A program made the translations under genes and the position numbers. This document shows, piece after piece, positions 48,871 to 59,454 of a stretch of 64,000 bases of DNA. Source of the stretch: Brevundimonas sp. SL130 (GTDB lineage Bacteria; Pseudomonadota; Alphaproteobacteria; Caulobacterales; Caulobacteraceae); NCBI RefSeq assembly GCF_026625805.1, contig NZ_CP113064.1, positions 2,146,657 through 2,210,656 on the forward strand, read 5' to 3'. The notes under the pieces are model-generated. The model was not told the DNA's origin. It saw only the letters and a program-made list of their open reading frames with translations, and did no database searches. The number at the start of each line of letters is the position of its first letter. Position 1 is the stretch's first letter.

Positions 48871-50940
48871 ATGGCCCAAGCTCCGAAGAAAAAAGCTCCC
48901 AAGACGGAAGCCGGTGGAGAGTCTTCCCCCAAAGGCAAGCCCAAGAAGGCCACGCCTGTCGTCTCAGCCAACCGGCCTGAGCCAACGGCGCCGCTAGATC
49001 CTGTTGTGGTCAAAACCCCGCGCAGGCCCGGCCGTCCCACTTCCGCAAAGCCGCGACCGCCGCGTCCAAAGACTCCGCCCCACACGCAGGCGCCCGCAAC
49101 CGAATCGACCACTGCGCGCACCGAGGATCCGGCTGTGGAGAGAGCCGCAGAACCTGCGGGCGCTCCCCTTCCCGGAGCCGAGCAAGCCCAACTGCTCGAA
49201 ACCCTGTCCATGAACCTGGCCAAGGCCGCCATGATGGCCCAGGGCGCCCTCGCCGAAGCCGCTCTGGCTCAGGCGGACAGCCCCGCGGCCTTATCGCCAG
49301 ATCCATTTAACGTCGCCCCCGCCATGACTTCGGTCATGAGCAGTTTGGCCTCCCGCCCGGAGAAACTGTTTAAGGCCCAGGCGGACCTGTTCAGCCGATA
49401 CATGGACCTTTGGACCGGCACAGTCCGTCAGGCGGCCGGCGAACCCCTGCCTGATGCTCCCGCCGATAAGCGGTTCAAGGACCCGGCATGGTCGGACAAT
49501 CCGATGTTCGACATGATGCGCCGGTCCTATCTGCTGACCTCGGACTGGATGAACGGTCTGATCGCAGGCGTCGAGGACGTCGATCCGGCGGTCAAGCGCA
49601 GGGCCCAATTCTTCACCCGTCTGCTGACCGACGCCTTCTCGCCCTCGAATTTTTTGGCCTCCAACCCCGTGGCGCTGAAGGCTCTGGCGGAGACCAGCGG
49701 CGAATCATTGGTGAAGGGAATGCAAAACTTCGCCGCCGATCTGGAGCGCGGCCATGGGTCGCTGCGCATCAGTCAGGCCGACTATGGCAAGTTCGTTGTC
49801 GGCGAGAACATCGCCACCGCCCCGGGTCAGGTCGTTTGGCGCGACGAACTGTTCGAACTGATCCAGTACGCGCCGACGACCGAGACCCAGCATGAGATCC
49901 CGCTGCTGATCTTCCCGCCCTGGATCAACAAGTTTTACATCCTGGACCTTCAGCCGACCAACTCGCTGATCCGCTGGCTGTCGGCTCAGGGCTTCACGGT
50001 CTTCGTCTGCTCATGGGTCAATCCGGACCTGGACAAGGCCGGTTTCGGCTTCGACGATTACTTGGAAAAGGGCGTCTATCGCGCCGTTGAAAAGACCCTG
50101 GAACAGTCGGGCACGGCTCAGTTGAACGCCGTCGGCTATTGTATCGGCGGCACCCTGCTCGGCGCCGGCCTGGCTCACATGGCGGCCAAAGGCGATCCTC
50201 GCGTCGCCGCCGCCACCTTCTTCGCCGCTCAGCACGACTTCGCCGAGGCGGGCGACCTGCTGCTCTTCACCGACGAGCACTGGATCGCCGAGATCGAACG
50301 CCAGATGGACGCGGCCGGCGGGGTCCTTCCCGGCGCCGCCATGGCCGAAACCTTCAACGCCCTGCGCTCCAATGACCTGATCTGGTCGTTTTTCATCAGC
50401 AACTATCTGCTGGGCAAGGATCCCCCCGCCTTCGACCTGCTGTTCTGGAACGCTGACCAGACCCGCATGCCCAAGACCCTGCACCTGGCCTATCTGCGCC
50501 AGATGTACGGCGCCAACGCCCTGGCGCGCGGCGTCTTCGAGATTGGCGGTCTGACGGCGGATCTGTCGAAGGTGAAAATCCCGCTTTATTTCCAGGCCAG
50601 CCGCGAAGATCACATCGCGCCGATGAATTCGGTCTATCGCTCGGCAAAGCTGTTCGGCAGCCAGGACGTGACCTTCACCCTGGCGGGATCCGGTCATATC
50701 GCCGGGGTCATCAACGCCCCTGCGGCCCAGAAGTACCAGCACTGGACCAACCCGACCTTGCCAGCCAGCTTGGCCGAATGGCAGGCCGGCGCGGCCGAGC
50801 ATCGGGGCAGTTGGTGGGAACATTGGGCGGACTGGCTGCACACCCGATCCGGCGACAGGATTCCGGCGCGGGACCCTGCTAAGGGTCCGCTCGCTCCCCT
50901 GGCGCCGGCGCCGGGTCTCTATGTGAAAGTGAAGTCTTGA
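48871..50940 (+). CDS. phaC: class I poly(R)-hydroxyalkanoate synthase PhaC with a Lys/Pro/Ala-rich N-terminal extension
   Basis: 689 aa from MAQAPKKK, with an aggcgaagga RBS upstream. Lipase-box-like GYCIGG and a PhaC N-domain/alpha-beta hydrolase core. The upstream part of the long ORF-track ORF is an artefact. Confidence 0.85.
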   Translation: MAQAPKKKAPKTEAGGESSPKGKPKKATPVVSANRPEPTAPLDPVVVKTPRRPGRPTSAKPRPPRPKTPPHTQAPATESTTARTEDPAVERAAEPAGAPLPGAEQAQLLETLSMNLAKAAMMAQGALAEAALAQADSPAALSPDPFNVAPAMTSVMSSLASRPEKLFKAQADLFSRYMDLWTGTVRQAAGEPLPDAPADKRFKDPAWSDNPMFDMMRRSYLLTSDWMNGLIAGVEDVDPAVKRRAQFFTRLLTDAFSPSNFLASNPVALKALAETSGESLVKGMQNFAADLERGHGSLRISQADYGKFVVGENIATAPGQVVWRDELFELIQYAPTTETQHEIPLLIFPPWINKFYILDLQPTNSLIRWLSAQGFTVFVCSWVNPDLDKAGFGFDDYLEKGVYRAVEKTLEQSGTAQLNAVGYCIGGTLLGAGLAHMAAKGDPRVAAATFFAAQHDFAEAGDLLLFTDEHWIAEIERQMDAAGGVLPGAAMAETFNALRSNDLIWSFFISNYLLGKDPPAFDLLFWNADQTRMPKTLHLAYLRQMYGANALARGVFEIGGLTADLSKVKIPLYFQASREDHIAPMNSVYRSAKLFGSQDVTFTLAGSGHIAGVINAPAAQKYQHWTNPTLPASLAEWQAGAAEHRGSWWEHWADWLHTRSGDRIPARDPAKGPLAPLAPAPGLYVKVKS

Positions 50941-51314
50941 ACCGTATCGAACCCAATATTCTGCTGGCCGCCAGCACAGGCGTCGCCCTGGTGCTTTTGG
51001 TCATGACGGCGGCCATGTTCGGCGAGCCAGGCAATACGGCCAAATACGTGATCAGCGCCGTGGTCTGTACGGTCCTGTTCGTCGCCCTGAACGGCTGGAT
51101 GGCGCGGGTGATGAACCGGCCGGAGCCGCGGGCGATGATCAGCGCGGCCACGCCATCGACCGCTGTCTGGGCCGGTCTGTTTCCCCTGCTGGTCATCGCC
51201 GCAGCGGTCGCTCCGGTCTTCCTGCCCGGCCACGACTACGGCCTGCTGATTATCATCGCGGCGGTCTGGTTCGGCGTCACGTTAGATTCTGCTCTTCGCG
51301 CCAACCGGCGCTAG
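50937..51314 (+). CDS. small hypothetical membrane protein with three predicted TM helices
   Basis: 125 aa. Start TTG at 50937, or ATG at 51003. It overlaps the phaC stop. Confidence 0.4.
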   Translation: MNRIEPNILLAASTGVALVLLVMTAAMFGEPGNTAKYVISAVVCTVLFVALNGWMARVMNRPEPRAMISAATPSTAVWAGLFPLLVIAAAVAPVFLPGHDYGLLIIIAAVWFGVTLDSALRANRR

Positions 51315-51814
51315 GCGGGCACGAACTTCAAGGCGACGCCATTGTTGCAATAGCGCAGCCCCGTCGGCCTCGGCCCATCATTGAACACATGCCCCTGGTG
51401 CCCCAGGCAGCGGGCGCAGTGGTATTCGGTGCGGGGAATGCCGATGGCGAAGTCGCGCTTGCGGCCGATGTTGTCGGCCATGATTTGATAGAAGCTGGGC
51501 CAACCGGTGTGGGAATCGAACTTCCAGCTCGAACGGAACAGCGGCAGGTCGCATCCCTTGCAGACGAAGGCGCCGCGTCGGTGTTCGTCGTTCAGCGGGC
51601 TGGTGTACGGACGCTCCGTCCCCTCGCGCCGCATGACGCTCCAGGCGGCGTCGCCCAACCTGCGTCGCCACTCCGCCTCTGACATCCGGCGGTAGGGAGA
51701 CGCGGCGTACTGGCCCTCCCCTGCCTCGACAGGTTCGGGAGAACAGGCGGACAGTGCGAACACGCCGGCACCCGTCAAAAGGCCCCGGCGGTTCAGGATC
51801 AGGGACTGGGTCAT
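51311..51814 (-). CDS. msrB: peptide-methionine (R)-S-oxide reductase MsrB, secreted (Tat/lipoprotein-type signal)
   Basis: 167 aa. N-terminal RRGLLTGAGVFALSAC, a SelR domain with the CxxC Zn motif (CKGCDLP, CARC) and the catalytic RYCNNG region. Confidence 0.8.
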   Translation of the reverse strand: MTQSLILNRRGLLTGAGVFALSACSPEPVEAGEGQYAASPYRRMSEAEWRRRLGDAAWSVMRREGTERPYTSPLNDEHRRGAFVCKGCDLPLFRSSWKFDSHTGWPSFYQIMADNIGRKRDFAIGIPRTEYHCARCLGHQGHVFNDGPRPTGLRYCNNGVALKFVPA

Positions 51815-51863
51815 GACATCCAGTACGACGGCGGGCGCGAAAAGGTTTCTCGCCCGCCCGACA

Positions 51864-52799
51864 TCAGATCAGACCGGCGGCCTCGTCCAGTCCCAGCATG
51901 ATGTTCAGGTTCTGCACAGCCGCCCCGGACGCGCCCTTGCCCAGATTGTCCAGCAGCGCGACCAGCCGCACCTGCTCGCCGGATCGGTCGCCGAAGACGT
52001 GCAGACGCAGGCGGTTGGTGCCGTTCAGCCCCTCGGGCTCCAGACCGGCCATCGCCTCGGTCTCGTCCAGATCGACCACCTCGACGAATCTCTGGCCGTC
52101 ATAGGCCTCGACCAGGGCGCCGTGGATACGCTCGACCGAAGGCGTCTCCGGCAGAGCGGCGAGGTGCAGCGGAATCTCGACCAGCATGCCTTGGCGGTAA
52201 TTCCCCACCGCGGGGGCGAACAGCACCTCGCGGCTCAGCCCCGTGTGTTTCGTCATTTCCGGCACGTGCTTGTGCTTCAGCGACAGGCCATAGGCGCGAT
52301 AGGCGGTCGCAGCGCCTTCTGCCTCGAACTCAGCGATCATGGCCTTGCCGCCGCCGGAATAGCCCGAGACCGCATTGACCGTGACCGGATGGCTGGCCGG
52401 GACCAGGCCCGCCTTCACCAGAGGCCGCATCAGGCCGATGAAGCCCGTCGGATAGCAGCCGGGATTGGACACGAACTGCGACCGGGCGATCAGATCGCGC
52501 TGGCCTGCGTCCATCTCGGGAAACCCATAGGCCCAGCCGGGTGCGACCCGATAGGCGGTCGAGGCGTCGATCACCTTGACCGACGGATTCTCGACCATGG
52601 CCACCGCCTCGCGCGCCGCGTCGTCCGGCAGGCACAGGATCACTGCGTCGGCGCTGTTCAAGGCCTCGCGTCGCGCCTCAACGTCGCGCCGACGGTCGCC
52701 CAGCAGGATCAGTTCCAGATCCGAGCGCGCCTCCAGCCGCTCGCGGATCTCAAGCCCCGTGGTGCCGGCTTCGCCGTCGATGAAGATGGTGTGGGTCAA
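51864..52799 (-). CDS. argC: N-acetyl-gamma-glutamyl-phosphate reductase, short form
   Basis: 311 aa. NAD(P)-binding N-terminus and the catalytic Cys region (SNPGCYPTG). Confidence 0.85.
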   Translation of the reverse strand: MTHTIFIDGEAGTTGLEIRERLEARSDLELILLGDRRRDVEARREALNSADAVILCLPDDAAREAVAMVENPSVKVIDASTAYRVAPGWAYGFPEMDAGQRDLIARSQFVSNPGCYPTGFIGLMRPLVKAGLVPASHPVTVNAVSGYSGGGKAMIAEFEAEGAATAYRAYGLSLKHKHVPEMTKHTGLSREVLFAPAVGNYRQGMLVEIPLHLAALPETPSVERIHGALVEAYDGQRFVEVVDLDETEAMAGLEPEGLNGTNRLRLHVFGDRSGEQVRLVALLDNLGKGASGAAVQNLNIMLGLDEAAGLI

Positions 52800-53287
52800 C
52801 TACTCAATCCTTCACTCCGGTCGCTGCCGGGGCGTTTTCAGTAATGGCGTTGGACTGTGTGGACAATCGGGCAAGCCATGCTGCACCGTTTCCTAAGGTC
52901 ACGCCTGCCAAGCATATGATCAGAAGGACGACGGGTACGGCCATCACCCCTGCCCAGCCTTCGCCGTCGATGCTCAGGCCAAGCACTTTGATGGAAACCG
53001 AATGCAACGGTCTCTCAGACGGTTTGCGACTTTTGGACACCGGGCACATCTCCGCATTAGCGAACTGATGTAATCCCTAAGGGGTATGGGGCCTTCGCAA
53101 CGCGCTCCTGTCAACCGACGAGACTCATGGAAAAAGCTGACGTTCTTCCCGCAGAGTCAGACGGTTCACTGAAAAAACAACGCGCCCGAACCGCTTTCCA
53201 ACTTCACCTTTTCGTGTGCGCAGCCACAAGAAAAAGGGCGCTCCGGGTCTCCCCGAAGCGCCCCAAATCCAAACCGCGTGAACGCGA

Positions 53288-53782
53288 TTAGCGCTTCGAG
53301 AACTGGAAGGAACGGCGAGCCTTGGCCCGGCCGTACTTCTTGCGCTCAACGACGCGGCTGTCGCGGGTCAGGAAGCCGTGGGGCTTCAGGACCTTGCGCA
53401 GTTCCGGTTCGAAATGCGTCAGGGCGTGCGACAGGCCGTGGCGGATGGCGCCGGCCTGGCCGGACAGACCCGAACCTTCGACGGTGCAGATCACGTCATA
53501 CTGGGTGGCGCGGTCCGAAACGGTCAGGGGCTGGGCGATCATCATGCGCAGCACGGGGCGAGCGAAATATTGCTCCTGGTCCTTGCCGTTGACGGTGATC
53601 TTGCCGGTGCCGGGTTTAACCCAAACGCGAGCGATGGCGTTCTTGCGCTTGCCGGTCGAATAGGCGCGGCCCTGGGCGTCCAGCTTCTGGACATAGACGG
53701 GGGCGTCGTTCTCGACCGAAGAGCTCAGGCCCTTCAGGGCGTCGAAACCGGTGGCGGCTTCGGTATTGGTCACGTCGGTCAT
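53288..53782 (-). CDS. rpsI: 30S ribosomal protein S9
   Basis: 164 aa, highly conserved ([11 protein letters not shown]...[14 protein letters not shown]...[17 protein letters not shown]). Confidence 0.95.
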   Translation of the reverse strand: MTDVTNTEAATGFDALKGLSSSVENDAPVYVQKLDAQGRAYSTGKRKNAIARVWVKPGTGKITVNGKDQEQYFARPVLRMMIAQPLTVSDRATQYDVICTVEGSGLSGQAGAIRHGLSHALTHFEPELRKVLKPHGFLTRDSRVVERKKYGRAKARRSFQFSKR

Positions 53783-53784
53783 GC

Positions 53785-54261
53785 TCAGACGCTCCGGGTG
53801 TTCTTGGGCGACGCCGACTTGAAGTCGATCGTTTCCGGTTGCTGGGCTTCATGTTCGTGCGCGCCGCCGGCGAACAGGCGCAGGTGCGTCATCTGCTTGC
53901 GGGCCAGAGGGCTTTCCTTCGGCAGCATGCGCTCGACGGCCTTCTCGAGCACGCGCTCGGGGAAGCGACCGCCCAGAACCTTCTCCGGGGTCGTCGACTT
54001 GACGCCGCCCGGGTGGCCGGTGTGGCGATAGTAGACCTTGTCGGTCGACTTCTTGCCGGTGAACACCACCTTGTCGACGTTGGTGACGACGACATAGTCG
54101 CCGCAATCAACGTGCGGGGTGTAGTCGCCGCGGTGCTTGCCGCGCAGACGGTTGGCGATGAAGGTCGCGAGACGGCCCACCACGACGCCTTCGGCGTCGA
54201 TGTGGATCCATTTCTTCTCGACCTCGGCCGGCTTCAACGAAGCCGTGGTGCTCTTCAGCAT
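53785..54261 (-). CDS. rplM: 50S ribosomal protein L13
   Basis: 158 aa from [10 protein letters not shown] ([16 protein letters not shown]...YRHTGHPGG). Confidence 0.95.
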   Translation of the reverse strand: MLKSTTASLKPAEVEKKWIHIDAEGVVVGRLATFIANRLRGKHRGDYTPHVDCGDYVVVTNVDKVVFTGKKSTDKVYYRHTGHPGGVKSTTPEKVLGGRFPERVLEKAVERMLPKESPLARKQMTHLRLFAGGAHEHEAQQPETIDFKSASPKNTRSV

Positions 54262-54523
54262 TGAGGGGGTTCCTGGAGACGAAAATCGGGTCCGGCCCCC
54301 GAAGGAACCGAATGAAGGCGCGCTGATACAGGAGACCAAAGGTCGCGTCAACGCACTCAAATTGGCCGATTTCGACATAACATGCTGTTAATAGATGATA
54401 TTTTTTATGCGGTATTAAAATACCCGTCACGAATGACCGATTGGACGTTATGAAATAACAGCATTTGTCATCAAACCATGATCTTACCGGGCCATCCGAT
54501 AGAAAAATCCTCCGGAGCCTCCC

Positions 54524-55924
54524 ATGATCCTTCACCGTCGCGGCCTGATCGCCTCCAGCGCCGCCCTCGCCTTCTCCGGCCTCGCCCAAAGCGTGCGGGC
54601 CGCCGAGGAGGAGACCTATCTCAACGACGTCGCAGGATATGGGCCGCTGAAGCGTGATCCGAACGGCGTGCTGGATCTGCCGGAAGGCTTCTCCTACCGC
54701 ATCGTGTCCCAGGGCGGCGAGACCATGGCGGACGGCCTGCTGGTGCCTGGACAGTTCGACGGCATGGGCTGTTTCGCCCTGGACCAGAACCGGGTCGCTC
54801 TGGTCCGCAACCACGAACTCAAGGGCTCATCCGCCGGCCACCGCAACTGGGGCCCCGGCGGCTATAACCAGGAGCGGATAGGCCGGTTGGATGCGGGACG
54901 CGCCTATGACACCTACAAGGACGGGCGCCCACTGCCCGGCGGCACGACCACAGTCGTGTACGACCTCTCGACCGGACGGACCGAACGCCAGCACCTCAGC
55001 CTGGCCGGCACCAGCACCAACTGCTGCGGCGGCCAGACGCCCTGGGGCTCGTGGCTGACCTGCGAGGAGACCGAAGAGACCCCGGCCGACGCGGATGTGA
55101 CCAAGGATCACGGCTATGTCTTCGAGGTGCCGGCCCGCGCCGAAGGCCTGGTCGACCCGGTTCCGTTGAAGGCCATGGGGCGGTTCGATCACGAAGCCGT
55201 CTGCGTCGATCCTCGCACAGGCATCCTCTATCTGACCGAGGACCAGGGCGACGGCCTGTTCTATCGCTTCATCCCCCACACTCGCGGCGAGCTGATCAAG
55301 GGCGGCCGGCTACAGGCCATGGTCCTGCGCGGGCAAAAGGGGGCCGACACCTCGAACCATGACGACCGGATCTGGTCCGTCGGCGATTGGCGCGAGGTGG
55401 ACTGGATCGACATGGAGGAGGTCGAAAGCCCGAACGGCGACCTTCGCCGTCGAGGCCATGCCCAGGGCGCGGCCCTGGTCGCGCGCGCCGAGGGCATCTG
55501 GTGGGGCGACGGCGAACTGTATCTGACCGCCACCTCGGGCGGACCGATCCAGCGCGGCCAGATCCTGCGCTACGTGCCCTCGCCCGACGAAGGTCGCGCG
55601 AGCGAGACGCGCCGTCCCGGCCGGGTCCAGCTGTTCGTCGAGAGCACGAACGAAAAGACGCTGAACATGGGCGACAACATCACCATCGCACCTTGGGGCC
55701 ATCTGATCGTCTGCGAAGACAACTATTCGACGACGGTCCGCAATCACCTGAAGGGCGTCACACCGGAGGGCAAGCTCTACACCCTGGGTCGCAACGTGTT
55801 TCAGGGCAACTCGGAGTTCGCCGGCGCTGTCTTCGCGCCGGACGGCCGCACCCTGTTCGTCAACATCCAGTACCCCGGCCTGACCGTGGCGATCACCGGC
55901 CCATGGTCCTCGGTCCGGACATGA
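54524..55924 (+). CDS. DUF839/PhoX-family secreted phosphatase-like protein (Tat signal)
   Basis: 466 aa. Twin-arginine signal [26 protein letters not shown] and a beta-propeller-like PhoX core ([17 protein letters not shown]). Confidence 0.6.
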   Translation: MILHRRGLIASSAALAFSGLAQSVRAAEEETYLNDVAGYGPLKRDPNGVLDLPEGFSYRIVSQGGETMADGLLVPGQFDGMGCFALDQNRVALVRNHELKGSSAGHRNWGPGGYNQERIGRLDAGRAYDTYKDGRPLPGGTTTVVYDLSTGRTERQHLSLAGTSTNCCGGQTPWGSWLTCEETEETPADADVTKDHGYVFEVPARAEGLVDPVPLKAMGRFDHEAVCVDPRTGILYLTEDQGDGLFYRFIPHTRGELIKGGRLQAMVLRGQKGADTSNHDDRIWSVGDWREVDWIDMEEVESPNGDLRRRGHAQGAALVARAEGIWWGDGELYLTATSGGPIQRGQILRYVPSPDEGRASETRRPGRVQLFVESTNEKTLNMGDNITIAPWGHLIVCEDNYSTTVRNHLKGVTPEGKLYTLGRNVFQGNSEFAGAVFAPDGRTLFVNIQYPGLTVAITGPWSSVRT

Positions 55925-56993
55925 ATATTCGGGGCTGAGCCCGGAACACCAGCCACAGGTTCGCAGTCGCCACAGCCAGGACGACGGCGGCACCGCCCTG
56001 GTGCAGCACGCCCAGCCATACCGGCACGGCGTGAACAAGGGTGACGATCCCCAACGCGGCCTGAATCCAGATGACGGCCGCCAGGACGAAAGCCCCCAGC
56101 CCCATCCCCTCGGCCACGCGCCAGCGCCAAGCCTGGAAGGCGTAGATGCTGACTGCGATCAGCAATCCATATGCCATAAGCCGGTGATTGAACTGGGTCA
56201 GGGCCTGATCGTGCAGGAAGGCCGATGCGCCCAGGCTCCAGTCCGCCGGAGGCAGAACGGCGCCGTTCATCAGCGGCCAGTCGGTATAGACCAGTCCCGC
56301 ATGCCCGCCTGCGACCAGAGCGCCGAGCAGGCTTTGGAGGAACACCAGCCCCAGCAGGAAACCTGCCCCGCGCGCCCAGCCGGCCGGCGGGCGTCCGCGG
56401 TCTTCTCCGTTCCAGGCCTCAAGGCCGGTCCAGATCAGGGCGGCGAAAATTACGAAGGCCAAGCCTAGATGGGTGGCCAAACGTTCCGGCGCGACACTGA
56501 CCCGCTCCGACAGGCCGCTGGAGACCATCCACCAGCCGATCAGCCCCTGCAGACCGCCCAAAGCAAGCAGCACGAGGCATCGCCAGATCAGTCGGTCCGG
56601 CATGGCGAGCTGGGGAAAGACAGACCGCAGGGGCGCGATCCGACAGAGCAGGAAGAAGGCCAGCGGCAGGGCGAACACCATGCCGACCCCACGCCCGATC
56701 AGCCGGTGCAGCCATTCCCACCAGAAAATGCCCTGAAACTCACCCAGGCTCATGCCGGCGTTGACCTGGGCGTACTGCGGGATCTGCTTGTACTTGTCGA
56801 AGGCCTCGGCCCATTGGGCGTCGTTCAGCGGCGGAATCGCCCCCATGATCGGCTGCCACTCGGTGATGGACAGGCCCGATCCGGTCAGTCTGGTGATGCC
56901 GCCGACCACCACCATCAGGAAGACGACAGCGGCGGTGGCGAACAGCCACACGGCGACGGCGCGATTGCGATCTGGATTTCCGAAACGGTTCAT
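55893..56993 (-). CDS. ctaA: heme A synthase (COX15/CtaA)
   Basis: 366 aa. Polytopic protein with conserved His pairs, COX15 family. Convergent overlap of about 32 nt with the PhoX-like gene. Confidence 0.8.
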   Translation of the reverse strand: MNRFGNPDRNRAVAVWLFATAAVVFLMVVVGGITRLTGSGLSITEWQPIMGAIPPLNDAQWAEAFDKYKQIPQYAQVNAGMSLGEFQGIFWWEWLHRLIGRGVGMVFALPLAFFLLCRIAPLRSVFPQLAMPDRLIWRCLVLLALGGLQGLIGWWMVSSGLSERVSVAPERLATHLGLAFVIFAALIWTGLEAWNGEDRGRPPAGWARGAGFLLGLVFLQSLLGALVAGGHAGLVYTDWPLMNGAVLPPADWSLGASAFLHDQALTQFNHRLMAYGLLIAVSIYAFQAWRWRVAEGMGLGAFVLAAVIWIQAALGIVTLVHAVPVWLGVLHQGGAAVVLAVATANLWLVFRAQPRIFMSGPRTMGR

Positions 56994-57129
56994 TCGACGC
57001 CCGACACTGACCCGGATATGGTGTCGCCTTCGACCGTGACCAAAACGCGACCGAGGCGGTATGCCTCGCTACGCTCACAAGATCGAGTCGGATTGAGAGA
57101 CGGCGTAAGAGCCGACAAGGAGATCAAGG

Positions 57130-57381
57130 TTGCAATACGCCGATATCGTCGCCGCCGTTCTAGGCGGTCTCCTGCTGGCCTGGATCGCCGACCTGCTGAC
57201 CGGGCGGCGCGGCCTGGGCGGGACCATTTTGGTGTCCGGCGTCGGCCTGGCCTGCGGCTGGTTCCTGGCGGTGCGGGTCTTCGCCGTCAGCACCATGGAC
57301 AGTTGGCTGTGGATGCCGTGGGCGCTTGTCGGCTCAGGCGTGTGCCTCGGCGCCTTCTTCCTGTTCCGGAACAAGCGCTGA
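57130..57381 (+). CDS. GlsB/YeaQ/YmgE-family stress-response membrane protein
   Basis: 83 aa. Characteristic N-terminal helix IVAAVLGGLLLAWIADLL and Gly-rich TM helices. Confidence 0.7.
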   Translation: MQYADIVAAVLGGLLLAWIADLLTGRRGLGGTILVSGVGLACGWFLAVRVFAVSTMDSWLWMPWALVGSGVCLGAFFLFRNKR

Positions 57382-57581
57382 TGCCGCCCCGGGCGCGTCG
57401 ATTCGTCGCCGCGATCGGCGTCTTGGCCTTTTTGATCTTTTGGATCTGGGGACTGATCGCCCTGCGCGGGCTGCTGCCGGCTTCGCCGTGGATCGACTTT
57501 CTCTTCTTCGGCATCGGCGGCACGGCCTGGGGTCTGCCGCTTATCCCCCTGCTGAAATGGGCCGAACGCCCACCGCGCTAA
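57381..57581 (+). CDS. DUF2842-like small membrane protein
   Basis: 66 aa. Two TM helices (FVAAIGVLAFLIFWIWGLIAL...FFGIGGTAWGLPLIPLL). Confidence 0.5.
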   Translation: MPPRARRFVAAIGVLAFLIFWIWGLIALRGLLPASPWIDFLFFGIGGTAWGLPLIPLLKWAERPPR

Positions 57582-57593
57582 AGCGCATCGCCA

Positions 57594-58130
57594 TCAGGTG
57601 ACGCGACGCTTCTCCAGCTTTCGCGCCAGAGTGCGGCGATGCATGCCCAGCCGACGCGCCGCTTCCGAAATATTGAAATCGGTCTCCACCAGGGTCTCGT
57701 GGATCCGTTCCCACTCCAGGGTCTTAATCGAGGTCGGACGTGTGGTCAGAGGCGTCGCCGCGTCGCCCGAGGCCTTGCCGAAGGCGGCTTCGATGTCGTC
57801 GGTGCTTGAGGGTTTAGCCAGGTAGTGGCGGGCGCCCAGCTTGATCGCCTCGACCGCCGTGGCGATGCTGGCGAAACCGGTCAGGACGACGATGTTCATG
57901 TCAGGATCAAAGGCGTGCAAGGTCGAGACGCACCCCAGGCCCGACGCCCCGCCCAGTTTGAGGTCAACAACCGCAAACCCTGGCCGATGGATTTTGAGAA
58001 CCTCGGCCATCTGTTCGGGACCATCGGCGCTGACGACCACATAGCCCCGACGCTCGAACGATTTTCGCAGGGTGCGGGAGAAGGAGTCGTCATCCTCTAC
58101 GATCAACAGAACGGGGGCTTCATCGGTCAT
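57594..58130 (-). CDS. regA: redox-responsive response regulator RegA/ActR/PrrA
   Basis: 178 aa. REC (LLIVEDDDSFSRTL...VVDLKLG) plus the highly conserved C-terminal Fis-type HTH (NISEAARRLGMHRRTLARKL). Confidence 0.8.
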   Translation of the reverse strand: MTDEAPVLLIVEDDDSFSRTLRKSFERRGYVVVSADGPEQMAEVLKIHRPGFAVVDLKLGGASGLGCVSTLHAFDPDMNIVVLTGFASIATAVEAIKLGARHYLAKPSSTDDIEAAFGKASGDAATPLTTRPTSIKTLEWERIHETLVETDFNISEAARRLGMHRRTLARKLEKRRVT

Positions 58131-59454
58131 CCGTGGTCTCCTCGGGCGCCAGCACGTCTATCGGCAACGTCAGAGTGACTTCGCCGCCTCCGCCGGCAGG
58201 ATTGCAAGCCTCGACCGACCCGCCCAGGGACCGCATCACATTGGCCAGCAGAAACAGGCCCAAGCCGGCGCCGGGGCGGTCCTTGGTCGAATTATAGGGC
58301 TTGCCCAGCCGGTTCAGGACGCTGGCGGGAAACCCCGGGCCATTGTCCCGCACCGCCACCTGCAGCCTTCCCTCGCTCACGGTGGGCGCGACGACGATCC
58401 GCCGCGCGCCGGCTTCAACCGCATTGTCGAACAGAACGCCGAAGACCTGGCGCAACGCTGGATCTGCAATGATTTCGGGATCGGGTCCGGTCCAGGGCGT
58501 AACATCCACCCGGACTCGGATGTCTCGCGTGGTCCATCCTTCGACCACTTCGTCGAGGAAGCGCACCAGGGTGGTATGAGACGGCGCCTGCCCCCTCGCC
58601 TCGCCGGCCGACATCAGAATGCCGGTGACGATCGCCTTGCAGCGCTCGACCTCGGCCTGCATCACGTCCATGTCCTGACTCAGATCGGCGTCGGCCTTGA
58701 GAACCGGCATCCGTCGCCAGTCGCTCAGAATCACCGACAGCGAGGCCAGCGGCGTGCCCAGTTCATGGGCGGCGCCCGACGCCAGCAAGCCCATGCGGAC
58801 AATATGGTCCTGTTCGGTCGCCTGTTGACGGACGTCCGCCACATAGGCGTCGCGCGCGCGCAGGTTCTCGTTGATCCGGGTCATGAACAGCACGAGCAGC
58901 ACGGCCATCAGCAGGAAGCAGATCAGCCCGCCCATCATATAAAGACTCAGCAATCCGCCTTCCTGGTACGGCGGCAGGTCAAGCGGCAGGTGAAACACGC
59001 CCAGGCAGACGAAACAGACGCTGGTGATGCCAATCAGGGACCAGGCGTAAGAAGGCCGAAGCAGCACCGCCCCCAGAACGACCTGGAGCAGATACAGACC
59101 GACAAACGGATTGGTCGCGCCTCCCGTGAGGAACAACTGCGTGGTCAAGGCCCCCACGTCGGCAAGCAGGGCCAGCATCAGCTCATGGTCCGAAATGGAA
59201 TCGCGACGCTGGGTCAGCGGCAGGCTGACCAGATTGACCAGGGCCAGGCTAACGGGCGCGATCAACAGCCACAGCACCGGCAGCCGAATGCCCAGGGCGA
59301 AGTGAACGATCAGGATCGTGGCGACTTGGCCGAAGACCGCCAGCCATCGCAACTGAACCAGCAGTCGAAGATTGCGACGGTTCGCGGCCTCCTGAGACAC
59401 TTCCGTCTCGCGCCAGGCCCCGAAACCCAGCAGGCGTTGAAGCGCGGAGGTCAT
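58120..59454 (-). CDS. regB: sensor histidine kinase RegB/ActS/PrrB
   Basis: 444 aa from MTSALQRLLGF, whose ATG overlaps the surf1 stop. Six TM helices, H-box AHELGTPLASLSV and HATPase_c. Confidence 0.75.
   Translation of the reverse strand: MTSALQRLLGFGAWRETEVSQEAANRRNLRLLVQLRWLAVFGQVATILIVHFALGIRLPVLWLLIAPVSLALVNLVSLPLTQRRDSISDHELMLALLADVGALTTQLFLTGGATNPFVGLYLLQVVLGAVLLRPSYAWSLIGITSVCFVCLGVFHLPLDLPPYQEGGLLSLYMMGGLICFLLMAVLLVLFMTRINENLRARDAYVADVRQQATEQDHIVRMGLLASGAAHELGTPLASLSVILSDWRRMPVLKADADLSQDMDVMQAEVERCKAIVTGILMSAGEARGQAPSHTTLVRFLDEVVEGWTTRDIRVRVDVTPWTGPDPEIIADPALRQVFGVLFDNAVEAGARRIVVAPTVSEGRLQVAVRDNGPGFPASVLNRLGKPYNSTKDRPGAGLGLFLLANVMRSLGGSVEACNPAGGGGEVTLTLPIDVLAPEETTDDR

Noticed and set aside
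52804-53049. 81-aa ORF between argC and rpsI
   Set aside because: No convincing RBS or start codon, and odd composition. Possibly a small membrane peptide, but unsupported.
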